Of a DNA stretch of 64,000 nt, positions 35,701 to 50,700 are shown piece by piece (position 1 is the stretch's first letter; each line of letters opens with the position of its first letter). Both the position numbers and the translations under genes were made by a program. The stretch spans positions 8,432,001-8,496,000 of the forward strand of contig CM102286.1 in the NCBI GenBank assembly GCA_046563655.1, written 5' to 3'. Source of the DNA: Yuukianura sp. NJ FZ-2021. Taxonomy: Eukaryota. The notes under the pieces were generated by a model. That model did not search any database. It saw only the letters and a list, made by a program, of their open reading frames with translations, and was not told the origin of the DNA.

Positions 35701-38700
35701 ATGAAAAAAAATGGATTTTTCGGAGAAAAATTGAGCTTGGAACACTTCAGATGGGCTTTCACAAGCATAATTTCGGTTTGCAATTTTGACTCCTCAGATA
35801 GCCCAGAATGACTTTTTGGTGAGTTTTAAATGAAAAAAATGGATTTTTCGAAGAAAAATTGAGCTTGGAACACTTCAGATGGGCTTTCAGAAGCATAATT
35901 TCGGTTTGCAATTTTGACTCCTCAGATAGCCCAGAATGACTTTTTGGTGAGTTTTAAATGAAAAAAATGGATTTTTCGGAGAAAAATTGAGCTTGGAACA
36001 CTTCAGATGGGCTTTCACAAGCATAATTTCGGTTTGCAATTTTGACTCCTCAGATAGCCCAGAATGACTTTTTGGTGAGTTTTAAATGAAAAAAATGGAT
36101 TTTTCGGAGAAAAAGTGAGCTTGGAACACTTCAGATGGGCTTTCACAAGCATAATTTCGGTTTGCAATTTTGACTCCTCAGACCCAGAATGACTTTTTGG
36201 TGAGTTATAAATGAAAGAAATGGATTTTTCGGAGAAAAATTGAGCTTGGAACACTTCAGATGGGCTTTCACAAGCATAATTTCGGTTTGCAATTTTGACT
36301 CCTCAGATAGCCCAGAATGACTTTTTGGTGAGTTTTAAATGAAAAAAATGGATTTTTCGGAGAAAAATTGAGCTTGGAACACTTCAGATGGGCTTTCACA
36401 AGCATAATTTCGGTTTGCAATTTTGACTCCTCAGATAGCCCAGAATGACTTTTTGGTGAGTTATAAATGAAAAAGAATGGATTTTTCGGAGAAAAATTTA
36501 GCTTGGAACACTTCAGATGGGCTTTCACAAGCATAATTTCGGTTTGCAATTTTGACTCCTCAGATAGCCCAGAATGACTTTTTGGTGAGTTATAAATGAA
36601 AAAGAATGGATTTTTCGGAGAAAAATTTAGCTTGGAACACTTCAGATGGGCTTTCACAAGCATAATTTCGGTTTGCAATTTTGACTCCTCAGATAGCCCA
36701 GAATGACTTTTTGGTGAGTTTTAAATGAAAAAAATGGATTTTTCGGAGAAAAAGTGAGTTTGGAACACTTCAGATGGGCTTTCAGAAGCATAATTTCGGT
36801 TTGCAATTTTGACTCCTCAGATAGCCCAGAATGACTTTTTGGTGAGTTTTAAATGAAAAAAATGGATTTTTCGGAGAAAAATTTAGCTTGGAACACTTCA
36901 GATGGGCTTTCACAAGCATAATTTCGGTTTGCAATTTTGACTCCTCAGATAGCCCAGAATGACTTTTTGGTGAGTTTTAAATGAAAAAAATGGATTTTTC
37001 GGAGAAAAATTGAGTTTGGAACACTTCAGATGGGCTTTCACAAGCATAATTTCGGTTTGCAATTTTGACTCCTCAGATAGCCCAGAATGACTTTTTGGTG
37101 AGTATTAAATGAAAAAAATGGATTTTTCGGAGAAAAATTGAGCTTGGAACACTTCAGATGGGCTTTCACAAGCATAATTTCGGTTTGCAATTTTGACTCC
37201 TCAGATAGCCCAGAATGACTTTTTGGTGAGTTTTAAATGAAAAAAATGGATTTTTCGGAGAAAAATTGAGCTTGGAACACTTCAGATGGGCTTTCACAAG
37301 CATAATTTCGGTTTGCAATTTTGACTCCTCAGATAGCCCAGAATGACTTTTTGGTGAGTTTTAAATGAAAAGAATGGATTTTTCGGAGAAAAATTGAGTT
37401 TGGAACACTTCAGATGGGCTTTCAGAAGCATAATTTCGGTTTGCAATTTTGACTCCTCAGATAGCCCAGAATGACTTTTTGATGAGTATTTAATGAAAAA
37501 GAATGATTTTTTTGGTGAAAAATTGAGTTTGGAACACTTCAGATGGGCTTTCACAACCATAATTTCGGTTTGCAATTTTGACTCCTCAGATAGCCCAGAA
37601 TGACTTTTTGGTGAGTTTTAAATGAAAGAAATGGATTTTTCGGAGAAAAATTGAGTTTGGAACACTTCAGATGGGCTTTCACAAGCATAATTTCGGTTTG
37701 CAATTTTGACTCCTCAGATAGCCCAGAATGACTTTTTGAGGAGTATTAAATGAAAAAAATGGATTTTTCGGAGAAAAATTGAGCTTGGAACACTTCAGAT
37801 GGGCTTTCACAAGCATAATTTCGGTTTGCAATTTTGACTCCTCAGATAGCCCAGAATGACTTTTTGGTGAGTTTTAAATGAAAAAAATGGATTTTTCGGA
37901 GAAAAATTGAGCTTGGAACACTTCAGATGGGCTTTCACAAGCATAATTTCGGTTTGCAATTTTGACTCCTCAGATAGCCCAGAATGACTTTTTGGTGAGT
38001 TTTAAATGAAAAAAAATGGATTTTTCGGAGAAAAATTGAGCTTGGAACACTTCAGATGGGCTTTCACAAGCATAATTTCGGTTTGCAATTTTGACTCCTC
38101 AGATAGCCCAGAATGACTTTTTGGTGAGTTTTAAATGAAAAAAATGGATTTTTCGGAGAAAAATTGAGTTTGGAACACTTCAGATGGGCTTTCACAAGCA
38201 TAATTTCGGTTTGCAATTTTGACTCCTCAGATAGCCCAGAATGACTTTTTGGTGAGTTTTAAATGAAAAAAATGGATTTTTCGGAGAAAAATTGAGCTTG
38301 GAACACTTCAGATGGGCTTTCACAAGCATAATTTCGGTTTGCAATTTTGACTCCTCAGATAGCCCAGAATGACTTTTTGGTGAGTTATAAATGAAAAAAA
38401 TGGATTTTTCGGAGAAAAATTTAGCTTGGAACACTTCAGATGGGCTTTCACAAGCATAATTTCGGTTTGCAATTTTGACTCCTCAGATAGCCCAGAATGA
38501 CTTTTTGGTGAGTTTTAAATGAAAAAAATGGATTTTTCGGAGAAAAATTGAGCTTGGAACACTTCAGATGGGCTTTCACAAGCATAATTTCGGTTTGCAA
38601 TTTTGACTCCTCAGATAGCCCAGAATGACTTTTTGGTGAGTTATAAATGAAAAAGAATGGATTTTTCGGAGAAAAATTTAGCTTGGAACACTTCAGATGG

Positions 38701-41700
38701 GCTTTCACAAGCATAATTTCGGTTTGCAATTTTGACTCCTCAGATAGCCCAGAATGACTTTTTGGTGAGTTATAAATGAAAAAGAATGGATTTTTCGGAG
38801 AAAAATTTAGCTTGGAACACTTCAGATGGGCTTTCACAAGCATAATTTCGGTTTGCAATTTTGACTCCTCAGATAGCCCAGAATGACTTTTTGGTGAGTT
38901 ATAAATGAAAAAGAATGGATTTTTCGGAGAAAAATTTAGCTTGGAACACTTCAGATGGGCTTTCACAAGCATAATTTCGGTTTGCAATTTTGACTCCTCA
39001 GATAGCCCAGAATGACTTTTTGGTGAGTTATAAATGAAAAAAATGGATTTTTCGGAGAAAAATTTAGCTTGGAACACTTCAGATGGGCTTTCACAAGCAT
39101 AATTTCGGTTTGCAATTTTGACTCCTCAGATAGCCCAGAATGACTTTTTGGTGAGTTTTAAATGAAAAAAAAATGGATTTTTCGGAGAAAAATTGAGCTT
39201 GGAACACTTCAGATGGGCTTTCACAAGCATAATTTCGGTTTGCAATTTTGACTCCTCAGATAGCCCAGAATGACTTTTTGGTGAGTTTTAAATGAAAAAA
39301 ATGGATTTTTCGGAGAAAAATTGAGCTTGGAACACTTCAGATGGGCTTTCACAAGCATAATTTCGGTTTGCAATTTTGACTCCTCAGATAGCCCAGAATG
39401 ACTTTTTGGTGAGTATTAAATGAAAAAAATGGATTTTTCGGAGAAAAATTGAGCTTGGAACACTTCAGATGGGCTTTCACAAGCATAATTTCGGTTTGCA
39501 ATTTTGACTCCTCAGATAGCCCAGAATGACTTTTTGGTGAGTTTTAAATGAAAAAAAATGGATTTTTCGGAGAAAAATTGAGCTTGGAACACTTCAGATG
39601 GGCTTTCACAAGCATAATTTCGGTTTGCAATTTTGACTCCTCAGATAGCCCAGAATGACCTTTTGAAGAGTATTTAATGAAAAAAATGGATTTTTCGGAG
39701 AAAAATTGAGTTTGGAACACTTCAGATGGGCTTTCACAAGCATAATTTCGGTTTGCAATTTTGACTCCTCAGATAGCCCAGAATGACTTTTTGGGGAGTT
39801 TTTAATGAAAAAAATGGATTTTTCGGAGAAAAATTGAGCTTGGAACACTTCAGATGGGCTTTCACAAGCATAATTTCGGTTTGCAATTTTGACTCCTCAG
39901 ATAGCCCAGAATGACTTTTTGGTGAGTTTTAAATGAAAAAAATGGATTTTTCGGAGAAAAATTGAGCTTGGAACACTTCAGATGGGCTTTCACAAGCATA
40001 ATTTCGGTTTGCAATTTTGACTCCTCAGCCCAGAATGACTTTTTGGTGAGTTATAAATGAAAGAAATGGATTTTTCGGAGAAAAATTGAGCTTGGAACAC
40101 TTCAGATGGGCTTTCACAAGCATAATTTCGGTTTGCAATTTTGACTCCTCAGATAGCCCAGAATGACTTTTTGGTGAGTTATAAATGAAAAAAATGGATT
40201 TTTCGGAGAAAAATTTAGCTTGGAACACTTCAGATTGGCTTTCACAAGCATAATTTCGGTTTGCAATTTTGACTCCTCAGATAGCCCAGAATGACTTTTT
40301 GGTGAGTTTTAAATGAAAAACAATGGATTTTTCGGAGAAAAATTGAGCTTGGAACACTTCAGATGGGCTTTCACAAGCATAATTTCGGTTTGCAATTTTG
40401 ACTCCTCAGATAGCCCAGAATGACTTTTTGGTGAGTTTTAAATGAAAAAAATGGATTTTTCGGAGAAAAATTGAGCTTGGAACACTTCAGATGGGCTTTC
40501 ACAAGCATAATTTCGGTTTGCAATTTTGACTCCTCAGATAGCCCAGAATGACTTTTTGAAGAGTATTTAATGGAAAAAATGATTTTTTGGTGAAAAATTG
40601 AGTCTGGAACACTTCAGATGGGCTTTCACAAGCATAATTTCGGTTTGCAATTTTGACTCCTCAGATAGCCCAGAATGACTTTTTGGTGAGTTTTAAATGA
40701 AAAAAATGGATTTTTCGGAGAAAAATTGAGCTTGGAACACTTCAGATGGGCTTTCACAAGCATAATTTCGGTTTGCAATTTTGACTCCTCAGATAGCCCA
40801 GAATGACTTTTTGGTGAGTTATAAATGAAAAAGAATGGATTTTTCGGAGAAAAATTGAGCTTGGAACACTTCAGATGGGCTTTCACAAGCATAATTTCGG
40901 TTTGCAATTTTGACTCCTCAGATAGCCCAGAATGACTTTTTGGTGAGTTATAAATGAAAAAGAATGGATTTTTCGGAGAAAAATTGAGCTTGGAACACTT
41001 CAGATGGGCTTTCACAAGCATAATTTCGGTTTGCAATTTTGACTCCTCAGATAGCCCAGAATGACTTTTTGGTGAGTTTTAAATGAAAAAAATGGATTTT
41101 TCGGAGAAAATTGAGCTTGGAACACTTCAGATGGGCTTTCACAAGCATAATTTCGGTTTGCAATTTTGACTCCTCAGATAGCCCAGAATGACTTTTTGGT
41201 GAGTTTTAAATGAAAAAAAATGGATTTTTCGGAGAAAAATTGAGCTTGGAACACTTCAGATGGGCTTTCACAAGCATAATTTCGGTTTGCAATTTTGACT
41301 CCTCAGATAGCCCAGAATGACTTTTTGGTGAGTATTAAATGAAAAAAATGGATTTTTCGGAGAAAAATTGAGCTTGGAACACTTCAGATGGGCTTTCACA
41401 AGCATAATTTCGGTTTGCAATTTTGACTCCTCAGATAGCCCAGAATGACTTTTTGGTGAGTTTTAAATGAAAAAAATGGATTTTTCGGAGAAAAATTGAG
41501 CTTGGAACACTTCAGATGGGCTTTCACAAGCATAATTTCGGTTTGCAATTTTGACTCCTCAGATAGCCCAGAATGACTTTTTGGTGAGTTTTAAATGAAA
41601 AAAAATGGATTTTTCGGAGAAAAATTGAGCTTGGAACACTTCAGATGGGCTTTCACAAGCGTAATTTCGGTTTGCAATTTTGACTCCTCAGATAGCCCAG

Positions 41701-44700
41701 AATGACTTTTTGGTGAGTTTTAAATGAAAAAAAATGGATTTTTCGGAGAAAAATTGAGCTTGGAACACTTCAGATGGGCTTTCACAAGCATAATTTCGGT
41801 TTGCAATTTTGACTCCTCAGATAGCCCAGAATGACTTTTTGAAGAGTATTTAATGAAAAAAATGGATTTTTTGGAGAAAAATTGAGCTTGGAACACTTCA
41901 GATGGGCTTTCACAAGCATAATTTCGGTTTGCAATTTTGACTCCTCAGATAGCCCAGAATGACTTTTTGGTGAGTTTTAAATGAAAAAAATGGATTTTTC
42001 GGAGAAAAATTGAGCTTGGAACACTTCAGATGGGCTTTCACAAGCATAATTTCGGTTTGCAATTTTGACTCCTCAGATAGCCCAGAATGACTTTTTGGTG
42101 AGTTATAAATGAAAAAAATGGATTTTTCGGAGAAAAATTGAGCTTGGAACACTTCAGATGGGCTTTCACAAGCATAATTTCGGTTTGCAATTTTGACTCC
42201 TCAGATAGCCCAGAATGACTTTTTGGTGAGTTATAAATGAAAAAAATGGATTTTTCGGAGAAAAATTTAGCTTGGAACACTTCAGATGGGCTTTCACAAG
42301 CATAATTTCGGTTTGCAATTTTGACTCCTCAGATAGCCCAGAATGACTTTTTGGTGAGTTTTAAATGAAAAAGAATGGATTTTTCGGAGAAAATTGAGCT
42401 TGGAACACTTCAGATGGGCTTTCAGAAGCATAACTTCGGTTTGCAATTTTGACTCCTCAGATAGCCCAGAATGACTTTTTGGTGAGTTTTAAATGAAAAA
42501 AATGGATTTTTCGGAGAAAAATTTAGCTTGGAACACTTCAGATGGGCTTTCACAAGCATAATTTCGGTTTGCAATTTTGACTCCTCAGATAGCCCAGAAT
42601 GACTTTTTGGTGAGTTTTAAATGAAAAAAATGGATTTTTCGGAGAAAAATTGAGTTTGGAACACTTCAGATGGGCTTTCACAAGCATAATTTCGGTTTGC
42701 AATTTTGACTCCTCAGATAGCCCAGAATGACCTTTTGAAGAGTGTTTAATGAAAAAAATGATTTTTTGGTGAAAAATTGAGTCTGGAACACTTCAGATGG
42801 GCTTTCACAAGCATAATTTCGGTTTGCAATTTTGACTCCTCAGATAGCCCAGAATGACTTTTTGGTGAGTTATAAATGAAAAAGAATGGATTTTTCGGAG
42901 AAAAATTTAGCTTGGAACACTTCAGATGGGCTTTCACAAGCATAATTTCGGTTTGCAATTTTGACTCCTCAGATAGCCCAGAATGACTTTTTGGTGAGTT
43001 TTAAATGAAAAAAAATGGATTTTTCGGAGAAAAATTTAGCTTGGAACACTTCAGATGGGCTTTCACAAGCATAATTTCGGTTTGCAATTTTGACTCCTCA
43101 GATAGCCCAGAATGACTTTTTGGTGAGTTATAAATGAAAAAGAATGGATTTTTCGGAGAAAAATTTAGCTTGGAACACTTCAGATGGGCTTTCAGAAGCA
43201 TAATTTCGGTTTGCAATTTTGACTCCTCAGATAGCCCAGAATGACTTTTTGGTGAGTTATAAATGAAAAAGAATGGATTTTTCGGAGAAAAATTTAGCTT
43301 GGAACACTTCAGATGGGCTTTCACAAGCATAATTTCGGTTTGCAATTTTGACTCCTCAGATAGCCCAGAATGACTTTTTGGTGAGTTATAAATGAAAAAG
43401 AATGGATTTTTCGGAGAAAAATTTAGCTTGGAACACTTCAGATGGGCTTTCACAAGCATAATTTCGGTTTGCAATTTTGACTCCTCAGATAGCCCAGAAT
43501 GACTTTTTGGTGAGTTTTAAATGAAAAAAATGGATTTTTCGGAGAAAAATTTAGCTTGGAACACTTCAGATGGGCTTTCACAAGCATAATTTCGGTTTGC
43601 AATTTTGACTCCTCAGATAGCCCAGAATGACTTTTTGGTGAGTTTTAAATGAAAAGAATGGATTTTTCGGTGAAAAATTGAGTTTGGAACACTTCAGATG
43701 GGCTTTCAGAAGCATAATTTCGGTTTGCAATTTTGACTCCTCAGATAGCCCAGAATGACTTTTTGAAGAGTGTTTAATGAAAAAAATGGATTTTTTGGTA
43801 AAAAATTGAGTCTGGAACACTTCAGATGGGCTTTCACAAGCATAATTTCGGTTTGCAATTTTGACTCCTCAGATAGCCCAGAATGACTTTTTGGTGAGTT
43901 ATAAATGAAAAAGAATGGATTTTTCGGAGAAAAATTTAGCTTGGAACACTTCAGATGGGCTTTCACAAGCATAATTTCGGTTTGCAATTTTGACTCCTCA
44001 GATAGCCCAGAATGACTTTTTGGTGAGTTTTAAATGAAAAAAATGGATTTTTCGGAGAAAAATTGAGCTTGGAACACTTCAGATGGGCTTTCACAAGCAT
44101 AATTTCGGTTTGCAATTTTGACTCCTCAGATAGCCCAGAATGACTTTTTGGTGAGTTTTAAATGAAAAAAAATGGATTTTTCGGAGAAAAATTGAGCTTG
44201 GAACACTTCAGATGGGCTTTCACAAGCATAATTTCGGTTTGCAATTTTGACTCCTCAGATAGCCCAGAATGACTTTTTGAAGAGTATTTAATGAAAAAAA
44301 TGATTTTTTGGTGAAAAATTGAGTCTGGAACACTTCAGATGGGCTTTCACAAGCATAATTTCGGTTTGCAATTTTGACTCCTCAGATAGCCCAGAATGAC
44401 TTTTTGGTGAGTTTTAAATGAAAAAAATGGATTTTTCGGAGAAAAATTGAGCTTGGAACACTTCAGATGGGCTTTCACAAGCATAATTTCGGTTTGCAAT
44501 TTTGACTCCTCAGATAGCCCAGAATGACTTTTTGGTGAGTTTTAAATGAAAAAAAATGGATTTCACGAAGAAAATTGAGCTTGGAACACTTCAGATGGGC
44601 TTTCACAAGCATAATTTCGGTTTGCAATTTTGACTCCTCAGATAGCCCAGAATGACTTTTTGATGAGTATTTGATGAAAAAGAATGATTTTTTTGGTGAA

Positions 44701-47700
44701 AAATTGAGTTTGGAACACTTCAGATGGGCTTTCAGAAGCATAATTTCGGTTTGCAATTTTGACTCCTCAGATAGCCCAGAATGACTTTTTGGTGAGTTTT
44801 AAATGAAAAAAATGGATTTTTCGAAGAAAAATTGAGCTTGGAACACTTCAGATGGGCTTTCAGAAGCATAACTTCGGTTTGCAATTTTGACTCCTCAGAT
44901 AGCCCAGAATGACTTTTTGGTGATTTATAAATGAAAAAGAATGGATTTTTCGGAGAAAAATTTAGCTTGGAACACTTCAGATGGGCTTTCACAAGCATAA
45001 TTTCGGTTTGCAATTTTGACTCCTCAGATAGCCCAGAATGACTTTTTGGTGAGTTATAAATGAAAAAGAATGGATTTTTCGGAGAAAAATTTAGCTTGGA
45101 ACACTTCAGATGGGCTTTCAGAAGCATAATTTCGGTTTGCAATTTTGACTCCTCAGATAGCCCAGAATGACTTTTTGGTGAGTTATAAATGAAAAAGAAT
45201 GGATTTTTCGGAGAAAAATTTAGCTTGGAACACTTCAGATGGGCTTTCAGAAGCATAATTTCGGTTTGCAATTTTGACTCCTCAGATAGCCCAGAATGAC
45301 TTTTTGGTGAGTTTTAAATGAAAAAAATGGATTTTTCGGAGAAAAATTTAGCTTGGAACACTTCAGATGGGCTTTCACAAGCATAATTTCGGTTTGCAAT
45401 TTTGACTCCTCAGATAGCCCAGAATGACCTTTTGGTGAGTTTTAAATGAAAAAAAATGGATTTTTCGGAGAAAAAGTGAGTTTGGAACACTTCAGATGGG
45501 CTTTCAGAAGCATAATTTCGGTTTGCAATTTTGACTCCTCAGATAGCCCAGAATGACCTTTTGAAGAGTATTTAATGAAAAAAATGATTTTTTGGTGAAA
45601 AATTGAGTCTGGAACACTTCAGATGGGCTTTCACAAGCATAATTTCGGTTTGCAATTTTGACTCCTCAGATAGCCCAGAATGACTTTTTGGTGAGTTTTA
45701 AATGAAAAAAATGGATTTTTCGGAGAAAAATTGAGCTTGGAACACTTCAGATGGGCTTTCACAAGCATAATTTCGGTTTGCAATTTTGACTCCTCAGATA
45801 GCCCAGAATGACTTTTTTGTGAGTTTTAAATGAAAAAAAATGGATTTCTCGAAGAAAATTGAGCTTGGAACACTTCAGATGGGCTTTCAGAAGCATAATT
45901 TCGGTTTGCAATTTTGACTCCTCAGATAGCCCAGAATGACCTTTTGGTGAGTTTTAAATGAAAAAAAAATGGATTTTTCGGAGAAAAATTTAGCTTGGAA
46001 CACTTCAGATGGGCTTTCACAAGCATAATTTCGGTTTGCAATTTTGACTCCTCAGATAGCCCAGAATGACTTTTTGGTGAGTTTTAAATGAAAAAAATGG
46101 ATTTTTCGGAGAAAAAGTGAGTTTGGAACACTTCAGATGGGCTTTCAGAAGCATAATTTCGGTTTGCAATTTTGACTCCTCAGATAGCCCAGAATGACCT
46201 TTTGAAGAGTATTTAATGAAAAAAATGGATTTTTTGGTGAAAAATTGAGTCTGGAACACTTCAGATGGGCTTTCACAAGCATAATTTCGGTTTGCAATTT
46301 TGACTCCTCAGATAGCCCAGAATGACTTTTTGGTGAGTTTTAAATGAAAAAAATGGATTTTTCGGAGAAAAATTGAGCTTGGAACACTTCAGATGGGCTT
46401 TCACAAGCATAATTTCGGTTTGCAATTTTGACTCCTCAGATAGCCCAGAATGACTTTTTGGTGAGTTTTAAATAAAAAAAAATGGATTTCTCGAAGAAAA
46501 TTGAGCTTGGAACACTTCAGATGGGCTTTCACAAGCATAATTTCGGTTTGCAATTTTGACTCCTCAGATAGCCCAGAATGACTTTTTTGAGAGTTTTAAA
46601 TGAAAAAATGATTTTTTGGTGAAAAATTGAGTCTGGAACACTTCAGATGGGCTTTCACAAGCATAATTTCGGTTTGCAATTTTGACTCCTCAGATAGCCC
46701 AGAATGACTTTTTGGTGAGTTTTAAATGAAAAAAATGGATTTTTCGGAGAAAAATTGAGCTTGGAACACTTCAGATGGGCTTTCAGAAGCATAACTTCGG
46801 TTTGCAATTTTGACTCCTCAGATAGCCCAGAATGACTTTTTGGTGAGTTATAAATGAAAAAGAATGGATTTTTCGGAGAAAAATTTAGCTTGGAACACTT
46901 CAGATGGGCTTTCACAAGCATAATTTCGGTTTGCAATTTTGACTCCTCAGATAGCCCAGAATGACTTTTTGGTGAGTTATAAATGAAAAAGAATGGATTT
47001 TTCGGAGAAAAATTTAGCTTGGAACACTTCAGATTGGCTTTCACAAGCATAATTTCGGTTTGCAATTTTGACTCCTCAGATAGCCCAGAATGACTTTTTG
47101 GTGAGTTATAAATGAAAAAGAATGGATTTTTCGGAGAAAAATTTAGCTTGGAACACTTCAGATGGGCTTTCAGAAGCATAATTTCGGTTTGCAATTTTGA
47201 CTCCTCAGATAGCCCAGAATGACTTTTTGGTGAGTTATAAATGAAAAAGAATGGATTTTTCGGAGAAAAATTTAGCTTGGAACACTTCAGATGGGCTTTC
47301 AGAAGCATAATTTCGGTTTGCAATTTTGACTCCTCAGATAGCCCAGAATGACCTTTTGGTGAGTTTTAAATGAAAAAAAATGGATTTTTCGGAGAAAAAT
47401 TTAGCTTGGAACACTTCAGATTGGCTTTCACAAGCATAATTTCGGTTTGCAATTTTGACTCCTCAGATAGCCCAGAATGACTTTTTGGTGAGTTTTAAAT
47501 GAAAAGAATGGATTTTTCGGAGAAAAATTGAGTTTGGAACACTTCAGATGGGCTTTCAGAAGCATAATTTCGGTTTGCAATTTTGACTCCTCAGATAGCC
47601 CAGAATGACCTTTTGAAGAGTATTTAATGAAAAAAATGATTTTTTGGTGAAAAATTGAGTCTGGAACACTTCAGATGGGCTTTCACAAGCATAATTTCGG

Positions 47701-50700
47701 TTTGCAATTTTGACTCCTCAGATAGCCCAGAATGACTTTTTGGTGAGTTTTAAATGAAAAAAAAATGGATTTTTCGGAGAAAAATTGAGCTTGGAACACT
47801 TCAGATGGGCTTTCACAAGCATAATTTCGGTTTGCAATTTTGACTCCTCAGATAGCCCAGAATGACTTTTTGGTGAGTTTTAAATAAAAAAATGGATTTT
47901 TCGGAGAAAATTGAGCTTGGAACACTTCAGATGGGCTTTCACAAGCATAATTTCGGTTTGCAATTTTGACTCCTCAGATAGCCCAGAATGACTTTTTGAA
48001 GAGTATTTAATGAAAAAAATGATTTTTTGGTGAAAAATTGAGTCTGGAACACTTCAGATGGGCTTTCAGAAGCATAATTTCGGTTTGCAATTTTGACTCC
48101 TCAGATAGCCCAGAATGACTTTTTGGTGAGTTTTAAATGAAAAAGAATGGATTTTTCGGAGAAAAATTTAGCTTGGAACACTTCAGATGGGCTTTCACAA
48201 CCATAATTTCGGTTTGCAATTTTGACTCCTCAGATAGCCCAGAATGACTTTTTGGTGAGTTTTAAATGAAAAGAATGGATTTTTCGGAGAAAAATTGAGT
48301 TTGGAACACTTCAGATGGGCTTTCAGAAGCATAATTTCGGTTTGCAATTTTGACTCCTCAGATAGCCCAGAATGACCTTTTGAAGAGTATTTAATGAAAA
48401 AAATGATTTTTTGGTGAAAAATTGAGTCTGGAACACTTCAGATGGGCTTTCACAAGCATAATTTCGGTTTGCAATTTTGACTCCTCAGATAGCCCAGAAT
48501 GACTTTTTGGTGAGTTTTAAATGAAAAAAATGGATTTTTCGGAGAAAAAGTGAGTTTGGAACACTTCAGATGGGCTTTCAGAAGCATAATTTCGGTTTGC
48601 AATTTTGACTCCTCAGATAGCCCAGAATGACTTTTTGGTGAGTTATAAATGAAAAAGAATGGATTTTTCGGAGAAAAATTTAGCTTGGAACACTTCAGAT
48701 TGGCTTTCACAAGCATTATTTCGGTTTGCAATTTTGACTCCTCAGATAGCCCAGAATGACTTTTTGGTGAGTTATAAATGAAAAAGAATGGATTTTTCGG
48801 AGAAAAATTTAGCTTGGAACACTTCAGATTGCTTTCACAAGCATAATTTCGGTTTGCAATTTTGACTCCTCAGATAGCCCAGAATGACTTTTTGGTGAGT
48901 TTTAAATGAAAAAAATGGATTTTTCGGAGAAAAATTGAGCTTGGAACACTTCAGATGGGCTTTCACAAGCATAATTTCGGTTTGCAATTTTGACTCCTCA
49001 GATAGCCCAGAATGACTTTTTGGTGAGTTATAAATGAAAAAGAATGGATTTTTCGGAGAAAAATTTAGCTTGGAACACTTCAGATGGGCTTTCACAAGCA
49101 TAATTTCGGTTTGCAATTTTGACTCCTCAGATAGCCCAGAATGACTTTTTGGTGAGTTATAAATGAAAAAGAATGGATTTTTCGGAGAAAAATTTAGCTT
49201 GGAACACTTCAGATGGGCTTTCAGAAGCATAATTTCGGTTTGCAATTTTGACTCCTCAGATAGCCCAGAATGACTTTTTGGTGAGTTATAAATGAAAAAG
49301 AATGGATTTTTCGGAGAAAAAGTGAGTTTGGAACACTTCAGATGGGCTTTCAGAAGCATAATTTCGGTTTGCAATTTTGACTCCTCAGATAGCCCAGAAT
49401 GACTTTTTGGTGAGTTATAAATGAAAAAGAATGGATTTTTCGGAGAAAAATTTAGCTTGGAACACTTCAGATGGGCTTTCACAAGCATAATTTCGGTTTG
49501 CAATTTTGACTCCTCAGATAGCCCAGAATGACTTTTTGGTGAGTTATAAATGAAAAAGAATGGATTTTTCAGAGAAAAATTTAGCTTGGAACACTTCAGA
49601 TGGGCTTTCACAAGCATAATTTCGGTTTGCAATTTTGACTCCTCAGATAGCCCAGAATGACTTTTTGGTGAGTTTTAAATGAAAAAAATGGATTTTTCGA
49701 AGAAAAATTGAGCTTGGAACACTTCAGATGGGCTTTCAGAAGCATAACTTCGGTTTGCAATTTTGACTCCTCAGATAGCCCAGAATGACTTTTTGGTGAT
49801 TTATAAATGAAAAAGAATGGATTTTTCGGAGAAAAATTTAGCTTGGAACACTTCAGATGGGCTTTCACAAGCATAATTTCGGTTTGCAATTTTGACTCCT
49901 CAGATAGCCCAGAATGACTTTTTGAAGAGTATTTAATGAAAAAAATGGATTTTTTGGTGAAAAATTGAGTCTGGAACACTTCAGATGGGCTTTCACAAGC
50001 ATAATTTCGGTTTGCAATTTTGACTCCTCAGATAGCCCAGAATGACTTTTTGGTGAGTTTTAAATGAAAAAAATGGATTTTTCGGAGAAAAATTGAGCTT
50101 GGAACACTTCAGATGGGCTTTCACAAGCATAATTTCGGTTTGCAATTTTGACTCCTCAGATAGCCCAGAATGTCTTTTTGGTGAGTTTTAAATGAAAAAA
50201 ATGGATTTCTCGAAGAAAATTGAGCTTGGAACACTTCAGATGGGCTTTCACAAGCATAATTTCGGTTTGCAATTTTGACTCCTCAGATAGCCCAGAATGA
50301 CTTTTTGGTGAGTTTTAAATGAAAAAAATGGATTTTTCGGAGAAAAAGTGAGTTTGGAACACTTCAGATGGGCTTTCAGAAGCATAATTTCGGTTTGCAA
50401 TTTTGACTCCTCAGATAGCCCAGAATGACCTTTTGAAGAGTATTTAATGAAAAAAATGGATTTTTTGGTGAAAAATTGAGTCTGGAACACTTCAGATGGG
50501 CTTTCACAAGCATAATTTCGGTTTGCAATTTTGACTCCTCAGATAGCCCAGAATGACTTTTTGGTGAGTTTTAAATGAAAAGAATGGATTTTTCGGAGAA
50601 AAATTGAGTTTGGAACACTTCAGATGGGCTTTCAGAAGCATAATTTCGGTTTGCAATTTTGACTCCTCAGATAGCCCAGAATGACTTTTTGGTGAGTTAT

